64,000 bases of DNA from Chitinophagales bacterium (GCA_018401955.1 JAGYJT010000009.1:1871-65870); one strand, 5' to 3'; positions 35,345-45,293 are shown, counted from the stretch's first letter. Notes: a model not told the origin generated them from the letters alone. Numbers and translations: made by a program.

Positions 35345-36699
35345 TGAAACTACCCAACACTCTGCTCAAAGGTCTTTTAGCAATGCTTGTTGCTATAAGT
35401 ACTTTTGCAGCAAATGCCCAGACCGAAACACTAACCGACACGGTTACCTTTACGCTAGAGCAAGCCCAAGCTTATGCCTTTGAGCATAATGTTTCTATTA
35501 TGAATGCGGCACTAGATACGCGCATTACCAAAATGCGCACCGTTGAAATATTATCAACAGGGCTACCGCAAATTTCTAGCAAGCTAAACTATCAAAACAA
35601 CTTTAAGCTGCCCGTAAATATTATCCCTGCAGGTGCTTTTGGCAATCCTGAAGACTTAGAGGTAAGGTTTGGTACCAGCAACAATGCTACCTTGAGCGTT
35701 GAGGTGAACCAACTGATATTGGATGGTAGATACTTTATCGGATTAAAAGCAAATAAAGCCTTTATGGCTGTTTCGCAAGATCAGCAAGAGCTAACGGAGA
35801 TAGAGGTTAGAGAAGAAATAGCCAAGGCATTTTATGGTGCATTGGTGGCCGAGGAAAGCAGAAGCATACTAGAGGCGAACATAAAAACCATTGAGCGCTT
35901 GCAATTTGAAACATCACAATTGTATGAAGCCGGACTTACCGAAGAACTAGATGTTGACAGATTGACTTTGAGCTTAAATAACCTCCGCTCTAAATACATG
36001 GAGGCTGAAAATGCGGCAGCTTTGGCACTTAATGTATTGAAATATCAAATGGGCATGTCTCAAAATCAGCCGCTAAAATTAACCGGCGATTTGAACGATA
36101 TGTTGATAATGAATGCCGATACTAGCTTTGGCGAATTCAATTTTGAAAACCGTGTTGAGTATCGATTATTAAAAACGCAGCTAAAGGTGCGTGGTTACGA
36201 TGCGCAACAAACTAGGGCCAACTACTTTCCTTCTTTGGTGGGTTTCTTTGGGTATGGTTTTAATGCCCAGCGCGAGGCGTTTAACTTTTTTGACTTCAAT
36301 TTGCCTTGGTTTCAAAACGGGTATGCCGGTTTCCAGTTGAACATCCCAATTTTTGATAGCTATAAAAATGGGGCTGTGTATCAGCAGAAGCGCTTGGATA
36401 TGATGAAAATACAGAACAACATCGACAATTTTGGAAACCAAGCAACGCTGCAGTATAGAAATGCACTTACCGATTTTAAAAATGCATCGTTAGAGTATCA
36501 AATTCAAGTGGGCAATTTGGAGCTAGCCGAGAAGATATTTAATAAGGTAACGATTATGAATAAAGAAGGCTTGTCATCGAGCTTAGAACTAGCCGATGCA
36601 GAGTCTTCGCTTACCCAAACCCAAGCCAATTACACCAACGCTATATACAACCTATTGGTAAAACGTATAGCGGTTGAAAAAGCATTAGGAAAACTATAA
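35344..36699 (+). CDS. TolC-family outer-membrane efflux protein
   Basis: 451 aa with a signal peptide and two TolC repeat halves. It overlaps the TetR stop in TAATG. Confidence 0.85.
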   Translation: MKLPNTLLKGLLAMLVAISTFAANAQTETLTDTVTFTLEQAQAYAFEHNVSIMNAALDTRITKMRTVEILSTGLPQISSKLNYQNNFKLPVNIIPAGAFGNPEDLEVRFGTSNNATLSVEVNQLILDGRYFIGLKANKAFMAVSQDQQELTEIEVREEIAKAFYGALVAEESRSILEANIKTIERLQFETSQLYEAGLTEELDVDRLTLSLNNLRSKYMEAENAAALALNVLKYQMGMSQNQPLKLTGDLNDMLIMNADTSFGEFNFENRVEYRLLKTQLKVRGYDAQQTRANYFPSLVGFFGYGFNAQREAFNFFDFNLPWFQNGYAGFQLNIPIFDSYKNGAVYQQKRLDMMKIQNNIDNFGNQATLQYRNALTDFKNASLEYQIQVGNLELAEKIFNKVTIMNKEGLSSSLELADAESSLTQTQANYTNAIYNLLVKRIAVEKALGKL

Positions 36700-36724
36700 A
36701 CAAAGCAATTAAACTACCCATAAA

Positions 36725-37858
36725 ATGAAATATACTCTCACTGCCGTAATAATAGCGGCTATGTTTTTGGCAGGTTGTGGTGGCGATAGCCGCGAAGCTA
36801 AGGAAAAGGAACTTAAGGAGCTCATTAAAGAAAGAGATGAACTCGTATCCAAAATTACCAAGCTAGAAACAGAGCTGGGTAAAGATACCATTACAGAGGC
36901 CGGACGCTTGGTAACCACCATGCCCGTTAAGCAAGAGCATTTTAAGCATTATATCGATATTCAGGGTAATGTTACTTCTGACGAGAACGTATCCGTAACT
37001 ACCGATATTGGCGGAACCGTAATGCAACTGCTAGTGAAGGAAGGCGAAAACGTGAGCAAAGGCCAAGTATTGGTGGTGCTTGATGATGATGTAATTAGAA
37101 AGCAAATTGAAGAGCTAAATGTTGCATTGGGTTTAGCCGAAATAGTTTTCCAGAAACAGAAGAAGCTTTGGGACCAGAAAATCGGTTCCGAAATCCAATT
37201 CTTGCAGGCTAAAAATAATTATGAGGCTTTGCAAAGCAAATTGGCATCGGCAAAAGCGCAACAAAACCGTACCCGTATCAAATCGCCGATTAATGGCACC
37301 GTAGATATGATTGACGTAAACATTGGTGAGCTAGCCAGCCCAGGCCGCCAAGTGTTGAGAGTAGTTAACCTTAGCGAATTGAAAATAAAAGCAGATGTGG
37401 CCGAAAATTATATTGGTGCGGTAAGCCAAGGCGACTATGCTACTATTAAGTTTCCAGCATTAAACCTAACCCGCAATGCCAAGGTGAGTTATGTAGGCCA
37501 AGTAATAAACCCCACCAACCGTACTTTTCCGGTAGAGATTAGGTTAAACAACAAGGATAACTCATTAAAGGCCAACTTGCTTGCAGTAATACAAGTAGTA
37601 GACTATCAAAACGATAGCGCCATAGTAGTACCAACACGCTATGTAATGGAGATAAATAATGGCTATGCGGTATACTTATCTGATGTAGACTCTACGGGCG
37701 CGCCTACGGCACGCCGCCAGATAGTTACTACCGGCAAAAGCTATAATGGCCAAACAGAGATTCTTGAAGGACTTAAGCCTAGTGATGTTATTATTGCTGA
37801 AGGATCGCGCGATGTAACCAATGGCGAGAGTATCAAAGTAGTTGAAAATTTTAAGTAG
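36725..37858 (+). CDS. RND efflux periplasmic adaptor (MFP/HlyD family) lipoprotein
   Basis: 377 aa with lipobox LAGC, a coiled-coil hairpin and lipoyl/beta-barrel segments. Confidence 0.85.
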   Translation: MKYTLTAVIIAAMFLAGCGGDSREAKEKELKELIKERDELVSKITKLETELGKDTITEAGRLVTTMPVKQEHFKHYIDIQGNVTSDENVSVTTDIGGTVMQLLVKEGENVSKGQVLVVLDDDVIRKQIEELNVALGLAEIVFQKQKKLWDQKIGSEIQFLQAKNNYEALQSKLASAKAQQNRTRIKSPINGTVDMIDVNIGELASPGRQVLRVVNLSELKIKADVAENYIGAVSQGDYATIKFPALNLTRNAKVSYVGQVINPTNRTFPVEIRLNNKDNSLKANLLAVIQVVDYQNDSAIVVPTRYVMEINNGYAVYLSDVDSTGAPTARRQIVTTGKSYNGQTEILEGLKPSDVIIAEGSRDVTNGESIKVVENFK

Positions 37859-37892
37859 AACGGCGGGCTATCCTGCCATCGAAATATAAGCC

Positions 37893-40800
37893 ATGAGCGC
37901 TGCCAACAAAAAGAAAAAAGAAGTAGTACGTTCCTTTGGGATAAGTAACTTCGCCGTTGATAACTCAACGAGTATTTTCATCCTTACCTTCCTCATTTTC
38001 ATTGGTGGACTGATTGCCTATAAAGGCATGCCACCAGAAAACTTCCCGGAAATAACCATTCCTAAGGTATATGTAGGTACCACTTACCCTGGTAACTCGC
38101 CAGTGGATATTGAGAACCTCATTACCCGCCATTTGGAGAAGGAGATGAAGGGCTTGAAAGGTATCAAAAAAATTACTTCAACCTCGGTGCAAGATTACTC
38201 TACCATTGTTGCCGAGTTTAATACCAATGTAGACCCAGACAAGGCCTTGCAAGAGGTGAAGGATGCAGTTGATAAGGCCAAGAGCGACTTGCCTACCGAC
38301 CTTGACCGTGAGCCCAATATCTTCAAAATGGAGTTCTCGGAGTTCCCGATTTTGAACGTAAACATCTCAGGCGATTTGAAACTGGATGTGCTAAAAGAGC
38401 ATGCTGAGTACTTGCAGGATGAAATAGAGAAACTATCAGAAATATCAGAGGTAGAAATTAAAGGTGCACCTGAAAAGGAAGTGCAGATTAAAGTTGATGT
38501 TTATAAAATGAATGCCCTCGAAATCAGTTTTACTGATATCGAAAATGCCATCCGCTCAGAGAATGTAACCATCTCTGGTGGCGATTTGCTTACTGATGAG
38601 GTTCGCCGTAACATACGCGTAGTAGGCGAGTTTAAAACGATGGAAGAGATTGGCAACGTAATTGTTAAGGCCAAAAATGGCGAAGCGGTTTTTCTTAGGG
38701 ATATTGCTGAGGTTGCATACACCTACGAAGACCCCAAAAGCTATGCTCGTATGGATCACCTACCGGTTATTTCGCTTGACGTTAAAAAACGTAGCGGTGA
38801 GAACCTAGTAGCAGCGGTTGATAAAATAAACGAGATAGTTGAAAAGGCTAAGTTGGAGCATTTCCCTAAAGGGATTGATGTGAAAATGACCAATGACCAA
38901 AGTAAGCAAACACGTAGCAACCTTGCCAACTTGGAGAACAGTATCATTTCGGGTGTAATACTCGTAGTATTGGTGCTGTTGTTTTTTATGGGCTTGCGTA
39001 ATGCTTTGTTTGTAGGTATAGCCATTCCACTATCCATGCTCATGGGCTTTATCGTTCTTGCAGCAATGGGCATCACGCTCAATACCATGGTGCTTTTCTC
39101 GTTGGTGTTAGCCTTGGGTATGCTCGTGGATAACGGTATTGTGGTGGTAGAGAACATCTACCGTATGCTCACTGAAGAGGGTAAGAGTATTTTGCAAGCA
39201 TCTAAACAAGGTGTGGGCGAGGTAGCGGTGCCAATTATAGCTTCCACGGCTACTACGGTTGCGGCTTTCTTGCCATTAGTGTTTTGGGATGGTATAATGG
39301 GCGAGTTTATGAAATTCCTCCCCATTACCTTAATGATTACGCTTGCAGCATCTTTATTTGTGGGCCTGGTAATCAATCCAGTGCTTACCAAAATGTTCAT
39401 GAAAAAAGATGACCCTAACAAGAAGGTAAACTATAGGGCATTGCTTATTTCGGTAGTAGCTATGGTAGCATTGGCGGTGGTAGCCTACTTTACAAAATAC
39501 AATTCATTGGGCAATGGCCTGGTTATACTTATAGGTTTAATTATTGTAAATACCTTTTTGTTGCGTCCTGGTGCTGCTTGGTTCCAAAACAAACTGTTGG
39601 TGCGCATCGAAAATGGCTACTCAAAGGTTGTGCGTTTTGCCTTGCGCGGCTGGAACCCATTGTTCTTTCTAATTGGTACGGTTGCCTTGTTGTTCTTATC
39701 AATTCAGTTGGTGGGTATTAGGCAGCCCAAAGTAACGTTCTTCCCAGAGGTTAATCCACGGTATGTAAACGTTTTCTTGGAGATGCCTTTAGGTACTGAT
39801 ATTGAGCGCACTAACGAAGTTGCCATGTATGTGGAGAACAAGCTCGATAGCATATTGGCACAAAAAGACTCAGTTACCGGTATACCTTATGTAGAAATCG
39901 TAGAGGCAGTAATTGCCAACGTGGGTGAAGGCACTAGCGACCCGATGGATGACCCAAGTGGTGGTCGTACCCCACACAAGGCTCGTATTACCATTAGTTT
40001 TGTAGATTTTGAGTATCGCCAAGGCATCTCCTCTTCAGATGCAATGCGTGTGATAACTGATGGGGTGGGCACTATGCCGGGCGTTACAGTAACCGTATCA
40101 AAAGACCGCAATGGCCCACCAGTGGGTAAACCTGTAAATATTGAGGTAAGCGGCGAAGACTACGATAAATTGATAGCCACTGCCGAAGATATACGTAACT
40201 ATTTGGATAAACTCAATGTGCCTGGCATTACTGAGCTTAAAACCGACCTTGAAGAAGGTAAACCAGAGTTGTTGATTGACGTTGACCGCGCGGCCTCTCG
40301 TCGTTACGGGGTGTCTACCGCTGCGGTAGCTACTGCCATTCGTACGGCATTGTTCGGTAAAGAGCTATCTAAGTTTAAAGACGGGGAAGATGATTTTCCT
40401 ATAATGTTGCGTTTTCAAGAAGATGTGCGATATGATTTGCAAACTCTTTTAAACCAGCGAATTGCCTTTAAAGACCAAGGTACGGGTAAGCAAGTATCGG
40501 TGCCAATTGCCTCGGTGGCTACTATGAAGTATACTTCATCTTATGGCTCTATTAAGCGTAAAGATTTGGATAGGGTAATTACCGTATGGAGTTATGTAAA
40601 AGAAGGATACAACGCCAACGAAATAAACGAAGTATACAAAAATGCCCTCGAAACTTATAAAATGCCAGATGGCTACACTGTGAAAATTACCGGTGAGCAA
40701 GAAGAGCAGGCGGCAAGTATGGAGTTTTTGAGCACAGCCTTTATGATTGCGCTGGGTTTGGTGTTCCTTATTATTGTGGCACAGTTTAACAAGGTTACCT

Positions 40801-41372
40801 CGCCTATTATTATTATGCTTACGGTATTGTTTAGTACCATTGGCGTGTTTATGGGTATTGCCATATTCAATATGGAAATCGTGATATTAATGACGGGCAT
40901 CGGTATTATCTCACTGGCGGGTGTGGTAGTTAACAATGCCATTGTATTAATGGACTATGCTGACCTATTGCGTAAGCGCCGCAGAGATGAATTGGGGCTT
41001 AAAACCAATCGTTTGCCATACAAAGAAATATTGAACAGTATTGCCGAGGCTGGCCGTACCCGTTTGCGTCCGGTATTGCTTACGGCTATAACCACGGTAT
41101 TAGGATTAATTCCTTTGGCAATTGGTCTTAACATCAACTTTGCCACCCTTTTGAGCGATTGGGACCCACAGATATATATCGGCGGTGATAACGTTGCCTT
41201 CTGGGGCCCTATGTCGTGGACGGTAATTTTCGGTCTTACCTTTGCCACCTTCCTTACGCTTATTATCGTACCGGTGTTGTACCTAAGTGTAGATTTGGCT
41301 AGCAACTGGGTATCGAACAAGTTCAGAGATGTTGAGAGAGAATACATTGATGAGGATGAAGATGATGAGTAA
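37893..41372 (+). CDS. RND efflux permease (AcrB/HAE1-like)
   Basis: 1159 aa with 12 TM helices and two large periplasmic loops. The GLLVDNGIVVVENI-type motif is GMLVDNGIVVVENI. Confidence 0.9.
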   Translation: MSAANKKKKEVVRSFGISNFAVDNSTSIFILTFLIFIGGLIAYKGMPPENFPEITIPKVYVGTTYPGNSPVDIENLITRHLEKEMKGLKGIKKITSTSVQDYSTIVAEFNTNVDPDKALQEVKDAVDKAKSDLPTDLDREPNIFKMEFSEFPILNVNISGDLKLDVLKEHAEYLQDEIEKLSEISEVEIKGAPEKEVQIKVDVYKMNALEISFTDIENAIRSENVTISGGDLLTDEVRRNIRVVGEFKTMEEIGNVIVKAKNGEAVFLRDIAEVAYTYEDPKSYARMDHLPVISLDVKKRSGENLVAAVDKINEIVEKAKLEHFPKGIDVKMTNDQSKQTRSNLANLENSIISGVILVVLVLLFFMGLRNALFVGIAIPLSMLMGFIVLAAMGITLNTMVLFSLVLALGMLVDNGIVVVENIYRMLTEEGKSILQASKQGVGEVAVPIIASTATTVAAFLPLVFWDGIMGEFMKFLPITLMITLAASLFVGLVINPVLTKMFMKKDDPNKKVNYRALLISVVAMVALAVVAYFTKYNSLGNGLVILIGLIIVNTFLLRPGAAWFQNKLLVRIENGYSKVVRFALRGWNPLFFLIGTVALLFLSIQLVGIRQPKVTFFPEVNPRYVNVFLEMPLGTDIERTNEVAMYVENKLDSILAQKDSVTGIPYVEIVEAVIANVGEGTSDPMDDPSGGRTPHKARITISFVDFEYRQGISSSDAMRVITDGVGTMPGVTVTVSKDRNGPPVGKPVNIEVSGEDYDKLIATAEDIRNYLDKLNVPGITELKTDLEEGKPELLIDVDRAASRRYGVSTAAVATAIRTALFGKELSKFKDGEDDFPIMLRFQEDVRYDLQTLLNQRIAFKDQGTGKQVSVPIASVATMKYTSSYGSIKRKDLDRVITVWSYVKEGYNANEINEVYKNALETYKMPDGYTVKITGEQEEQAASMEFLSTAFMIALGLVFLIIVAQFNKVTSPIIIMLTVLFSTIGVFMGIAIFNMEIVILMTGIGIISLAGVVVNNAIVLMDYADLLRKRRRDELGLKTNRLPYKEILNSIAEAGRTRLRPVLLTAITTVLGLIPLAIGLNINFATLLSDWDPQIYIGGDNVAFWGPMSWTVIFGLTFATFLTLIIVPVLYLSVDLASNWVSNKFRDVEREYIDEDEDDE

Positions 41373-41408
41373 CATCATTCAATAAAGATTTTTGGTAGTT
41401 AGTGTTGT

Positions 41409-41446
41409 GAGGTTCGGGGAATGCAGGCCCCGAACCTCTTATTTTA
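41409..41446 (+). terminator. Rho-independent terminator after the RND pump
   Basis: GAGGTTCGGGG-loop-CCCCGAACCTC (11-bp perfect stem) followed by TTATTTTA. Confidence 0.8.
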
Positions 41447-41498
41447 CCTCAACGGGGTTTCTTATCATTAGCATAGGGTTTATCCCCATATACGTAAT
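41447..41498. repeat. Modular hairpin-repeat family, copy D (solo L module)
   Basis: CCTCAACGGGGTTTCTTATCATTAGCATAGGGTTTATCCCCATATACGTAATG. Confidence 0.7.
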
Positions 41499-41599
41499 GT
41501 CAAACAGATAACACTTAAACCATTTACCCGTGTCGGTGTTTTCCGCAGAATCATTGCTCATTAGCCCCAATTATTGGTAGTTTTATAGTCTAATCAAGC

Positions 41600-42580
41600 A
41601 TGTATATGTTTTCGCTTTCACAGTTAGCAGATATTTATCAGCAGTATCACCATTCATCGGGTGTAACGGGTAGTCCGGCAGAGCTGTACACCCCAATTGA
41701 CTATATTATGAGCCTTAGCGGTAAGCGGGCGCGGCCAGTGTTGTGTTTGGCGGCCAACCAAATGTTTGATGGCGACATGCAACAAGCTTTGCCATTGGCT
41801 TATGCTATTGAGCTGTTTCACAACTTTACACTGGTGCACGATGATATTATGGACGAAGCGCCCCTGCGCCGAGGCAAACATACGGTGCACAAAGAGTTTG
41901 GTACAGCCCGCGCCATATTGAGTGGCGATGTGATGCTGATATACGTGTACGAGTACTTTAAGCACTTACCCGACGCAGCTTTTAGGCAAGTGATGGAAGT
42001 GTTTAACAAGGCTGCCATTGAAGTGTGCGAAGGCCAGCAAATGGATATGAACTTTGAGGAACGCCAACAGGTGGCCTTAAACGAGTACCTGCAAATGATT
42101 TCGTGTAAAACGGCAGTGCTTTTGGGCGCAAGCCTCCAAATTGGAGCTATAGCCGCGGGTGCGAGCCTACACGACCAGCAAGCGCTTTACAAAGTAGGTG
42201 TTGACACAGGTGTGGCTTTCCAAATACAGGATGATATATTGGATAGCTTTGGCGATGAGGCTACTTTTGGCAAATCGATAGGTGGGGATATTAGACAAAA
42301 CAAGAAAACCTATTTATTGATACGTGCATTGGAGCTGGCAACCGGCGACGATAAAAATCAACTGGACTATTATTTGCACGTAACCGACACCGATCCGGAA
42401 GAAAAGGTAGCTGCGATTAAGCAAATTTATACCAAACTAAATGTGGTGCAAGCTGCCGAGGCAATGCAGCAAGAGTATCATAAAGGTGCACTTGATGCGC
42501 TACACTCTTTGAGTTTGGATAAGGCGCAAATAGCCCCGCTAGAAGATTATATTAATACGTTGCTTAAGCGCAAGGTGTAA
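41600..42580 (+). CDS. Polyprenyl diphosphate synthase (trans-isoprenyl, GGPP/long-chain type)
   Basis: 326 aa. The first Asp-rich motif is LVHDDIMD and the second is FQIQDDILD. Confidence 0.85.
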   Translation: MYMFSLSQLADIYQQYHHSSGVTGSPAELYTPIDYIMSLSGKRARPVLCLAANQMFDGDMQQALPLAYAIELFHNFTLVHDDIMDEAPLRRGKHTVHKEFGTARAILSGDVMLIYVYEYFKHLPDAAFRQVMEVFNKAAIEVCEGQQMDMNFEERQQVALNEYLQMISCKTAVLLGASLQIGAIAAGASLHDQQALYKVGVDTGVAFQIQDDILDSFGDEATFGKSIGGDIRQNKKTYLLIRALELATGDDKNQLDYYLHVTDTDPEEKVAAIKQIYTKLNVVQAAEAMQQEYHKGALDALHSLSLDKAQIAPLEDYINTLLKRKV

Positions 42581-42585
42581 GAAGT

Positions 42586-43128
42586 TTACCGCTCGTCAGT
42601 ATTAAAAATGTATACGTTGGTAATGCTGTGCTTCTGGCTGTACTCCAGTAAGTTATTTAAGTAGTTGGTTCCAAATTTACCTGTCCATACTTGCGAGTAG
42701 ATAAAGAGGCTAAACCCGGGCTTTGGCTCAATAGCCTTCACGCCTATATCCACCATTTTCAGTTCATTTTCAAGAGTTAAAAATGAATCGATGGGCATTA
42801 TGTTGGTAGGCGGGAAAGTCTCTAATACCTTAAATTGTTTCAAAAAGCCTTCGCAACTAACGTGCTGTGCTGCAATGCTGCCATCGGGCGCAAATAGGCG
42901 AAATTGTATGGGCCGAAAACCTACTTCCATACCTTTGGATGACTGCAGTTTTAAACTATCCAAATAAGTAGGGATTAGAAAAATCACCTTTGCGGTATCT
43001 ATATGTTTGCGGTTGTAGTACTTGTAAATACTGGCTACCGTTTCTATTTTGGGCTCTTTGGCCCCAAATAGAAATGCACAACCCGAGAGGATGCAAGCCA
43101 AGAACAACCCAAATAGCCCAATTTTCAT
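42586..43128 (-). CDS. Hypothetical lipoprotein
   Basis: The start is moved to MKIGLFGLFLACILSGC (lipobox). The longer ORF-track start would overlap xerD. Confidence 0.5.
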   Translation of the reverse strand: MKIGLFGLFLACILSGCAFLFGAKEPKIETVASIYKYYNRKHIDTAKVIFLIPTYLDSLKLQSSKGMEVGFRPIQFRLFAPDGSIAAQHVSCEGFLKQFKVLETFPPTNIMPIDSFLTLENELKMVDIGVKAIEPKPGFSLFIYSQVWTGKFGTNYLNNLLEYSQKHSITNVYIFNTDER

Positions 43129-43204
43129 GCAGGCAAAATAATACTTATTGCCAATAGTATGTGGCTTATAGCCCGTATATTTACAACAACCACATGGTGT
43201 TGTT

Positions 43205-44122
43205 ATGGATTGGAGAAGCAGTATCAAAGGATTTAAGGCATATCTTAAGCTAGAGCGTTCGCTCTCTGAAAACTCTATTGATGCCTATATGCGCGATATA
43301 AGCAAGCTAGTAGACTATGTTGAGCAAGAACACCCCACTGTAACGCCTACTAAGGTTGATTTGGCGCTGCTAGATGGTTTTGTTACTCACCTGTATGAGC
43401 TTAACCTTAACGACCGTAGCCAGGCCCGCATTTTATCTGGTGTGAGGGCATACTATAGATATTTGTTGATGGAGGACATGATAGACCATGACCCTACCGA
43501 ACTGCTAGAAGGACCTAAGGTAAAGCGTAAGTTACCCGATACCCTTAGCTACGAGGAGATAATGCGCATGATAAATGCCATTGACATGAGCGCACCAGAA
43601 GGGCCAAGGAATAAGGCTATGCTCGAAACGCTGTATAGCTGTGGCCTCCGTGTATCAGAATTGATAAACCTTAGGCTGAGCAAATTGCATTTCGAAAATG
43701 AGTATGTGCGTATTACCGGCAAGGGAGATAAAGAGCGGCTGGTACCTATTGGGCACGATGCGGTAAAATACATCACTATATACATCAATGAGGTGCGCAG
43801 GCAACAGTCTGTTGCTAAAAATAGCGAGGATTATGTATTCCTTAATCAGCGTGGCGGTAAAATTAGCCGCATGAGCGTATTTAATATTATCAAAGATTTG
43901 GCTCAAAAGGCGGGTATCCACAAAAGTATAAGCCCGCATACACTGAGGCATTCATTTGCTACGCATATGGTTGAGGGTGGTGCAAACCTGAGGGCCGTAC
44001 AGCAAATGCTTGGGCACGAATCTATTACTACAACTGAGATATACACCCATTTGGATAAAGATTTTCTGCGCGATACCGTTGATAGGTTTTTGCCAAAGCA
44101 TGGTAAAGAAAATGGCAAGTAA
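43205..44122 (+). CDS. xerD: Tyrosine site-specific recombinase XerD
   Basis: 305 aa. It has an N-terminal SAM-like domain (YLKLERSLSENSIDAYMRDI) and the catalytic R...HTLRHSFATH...TTEIYTH tetrad. Confidence 0.85.
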   Translation: MDWRSSIKGFKAYLKLERSLSENSIDAYMRDISKLVDYVEQEHPTVTPTKVDLALLDGFVTHLYELNLNDRSQARILSGVRAYYRYLLMEDMIDHDPTELLEGPKVKRKLPDTLSYEEIMRMINAIDMSAPEGPRNKAMLETLYSCGLRVSELINLRLSKLHFENEYVRITGKGDKERLVPIGHDAVKYITIYINEVRRQQSVAKNSEDYVFLNQRGGKISRMSVFNIIKDLAQKAGIHKSISPHTLRHSFATHMVEGGANLRAVQQMLGHESITTTEIYTHLDKDFLRDTVDRFLPKHGKENGK

Positions 44123-44285
44123 AAGTTTAAGAACCTTTTTATAGGTTAGTAACCTATCGCTTCGCTAAACATTCTTTATATTCACAGCGCACTATACACT
44201 ACCTCCTTTTTTAATGTTTAACGAAAGCTAGGCATCATTGTTGCTAATTACTGACATTGATTGCTTAAACCGTTGGGGGTAATAA

Positions 44286-44651
44286 ATGAATAAAAAGACC
44301 ATATTGATAGCCGACGACGACCAAGACATTTTGGACTTAGTTGCTGCTTTGCTTATGGGTAGTGGTTATCGCGTGCATACCTCATACAACGGTGATGGCC
44401 TGGAGGATTTAGCCTCTGACGAATTGCCAGATTTGCTAATACTCGATATTAGGATGAGACATGGCAGAAATGGGAAGGAAATAGCTACACGGTTGAAACA
44501 AAATAATGCTACCAAAGACATTCCTATCATACTTATATCGGCCAACGATGATATAGTTGAAGCAGTTGAAGTATCAGGCGCTGACGCCTTTGTGCCCAAA
44601 CCCTTTAATGTGAAACAATTGCTAGAGGTGGTTAGGCAGTTTGTAGGATAG
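44286..44651 (+). CDS. Stand-alone response-regulator receiver domain
   Basis: 121 aa. It has the ADDD acidic pocket, phospho-acceptor D in LLILDIRM, and conserved K (VPKP). Confidence 0.8.
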   Translation: MNKKTILIADDDQDILDLVAALLMGSGYRVHTSYNGDGLEDLASDELPDLLILDIRMRHGRNGKEIATRLKQNNATKDIPIILISANDDIVEAVEVSGADAFVPKPFNVKQLLEVVRQFVG

Positions 44652-44654
44652 GAG

Positions 44655-45170
44655 TTAATCCAGTTTTATCCAAAAGTAACAATGTTGCCCTCGGTAGTTA
44701 CCTTGATTATCGTATATATTGTAAACAGGAGCAAAAGCATAGTTACTTCGTTCTAAAATCTTCAATTCTTCATTCCATTTCCATTCTTCATTTACCCTAA
44801 TGGCCTTTATATTTTTCTGTTTTAGAGAAGTAGCATAAACAATTTCAATCTTCTCTTCATAGGTTATAGGATCAATTACATAAACCGTATCAGGATATGG
44901 GTCAACCTCAAAAATGTACATTTTGGGGTTTACGGGCTTATTGGAGGTTGCTTCATAACCAATCAGTTTACCAGATTCAAAATCATCTAGTAGCCTCTCC
45001 AACCAATGTTTTCCTCCAGCAACCTGAATGTAGTTTTGCAACCACGGTATGCTTGTTTTGCTTGCGGCTTCTATTGTTAGGTCGTATACAATCTTCTTCG
45101 ATAGGGTATCTTGGGCACTAGCAGCATAGCCAAATGTAAGGGTAATGATTATGGTTAGTATGGTTTTCAT
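44655..45170 (-). CDS. Short secreted GldN/PorN-domain paralog
   Basis: The start is moved to MKTILTIIITLTFGYAASAQ. PDTVYVIDPITYEEKIEIV matches GldN PDTVYVVDPITYEEKMEIV at 17 of 19 positions. DNQGNYRG..FWI aligns with DDQGNYRG..FWV. It ends where GldN still has about 75 more residues. Confidence 0.7.
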   Translation of the reverse strand: MKTILTIIITLTFGYAASAQDTLSKKIVYDLTIEAASKTSIPWLQNYIQVAGGKHWLERLLDDFESGKLIGYEATSNKPVNPKMYIFEVDPYPDTVYVIDPITYEEKIEIVYATSLKQKNIKAIRVNEEWKWNEELKILERSNYAFAPVYNIYDNQGNYRGQHCYFWIKLD

Positions 45171-45252
45171 AAAGCCGTTTTCAATAGAAAACGCCGAAGT
45201 ACCAAAAAGATACAATGATTGGTTAAGCTGGTTTGCTAAACATTCATCACTT

Positions 45253-45293
45253 TTAACCCTTAACCCTTAACCCTTAACCCGTAACCCGTAACC
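45253..45293. repeat. Tandem heptamer microsatellite (TTAACCC)4(GTAACCC)2
   Basis: Read directly: ttaaccc ttaaccc ttaaccc ttaaccc gtaaccc gtaacca. Confidence 0.95.

Noticed and set aside
45253-45293. Telomere-like appearance of the (TTAACCC)n / (GGGTTAA)n repeat
   Set aside because: There are only six copies, internal to a normal gene-dense bacterial region between a terminator and a gene start. A promoter-proximal microsatellite is the simpler reading.
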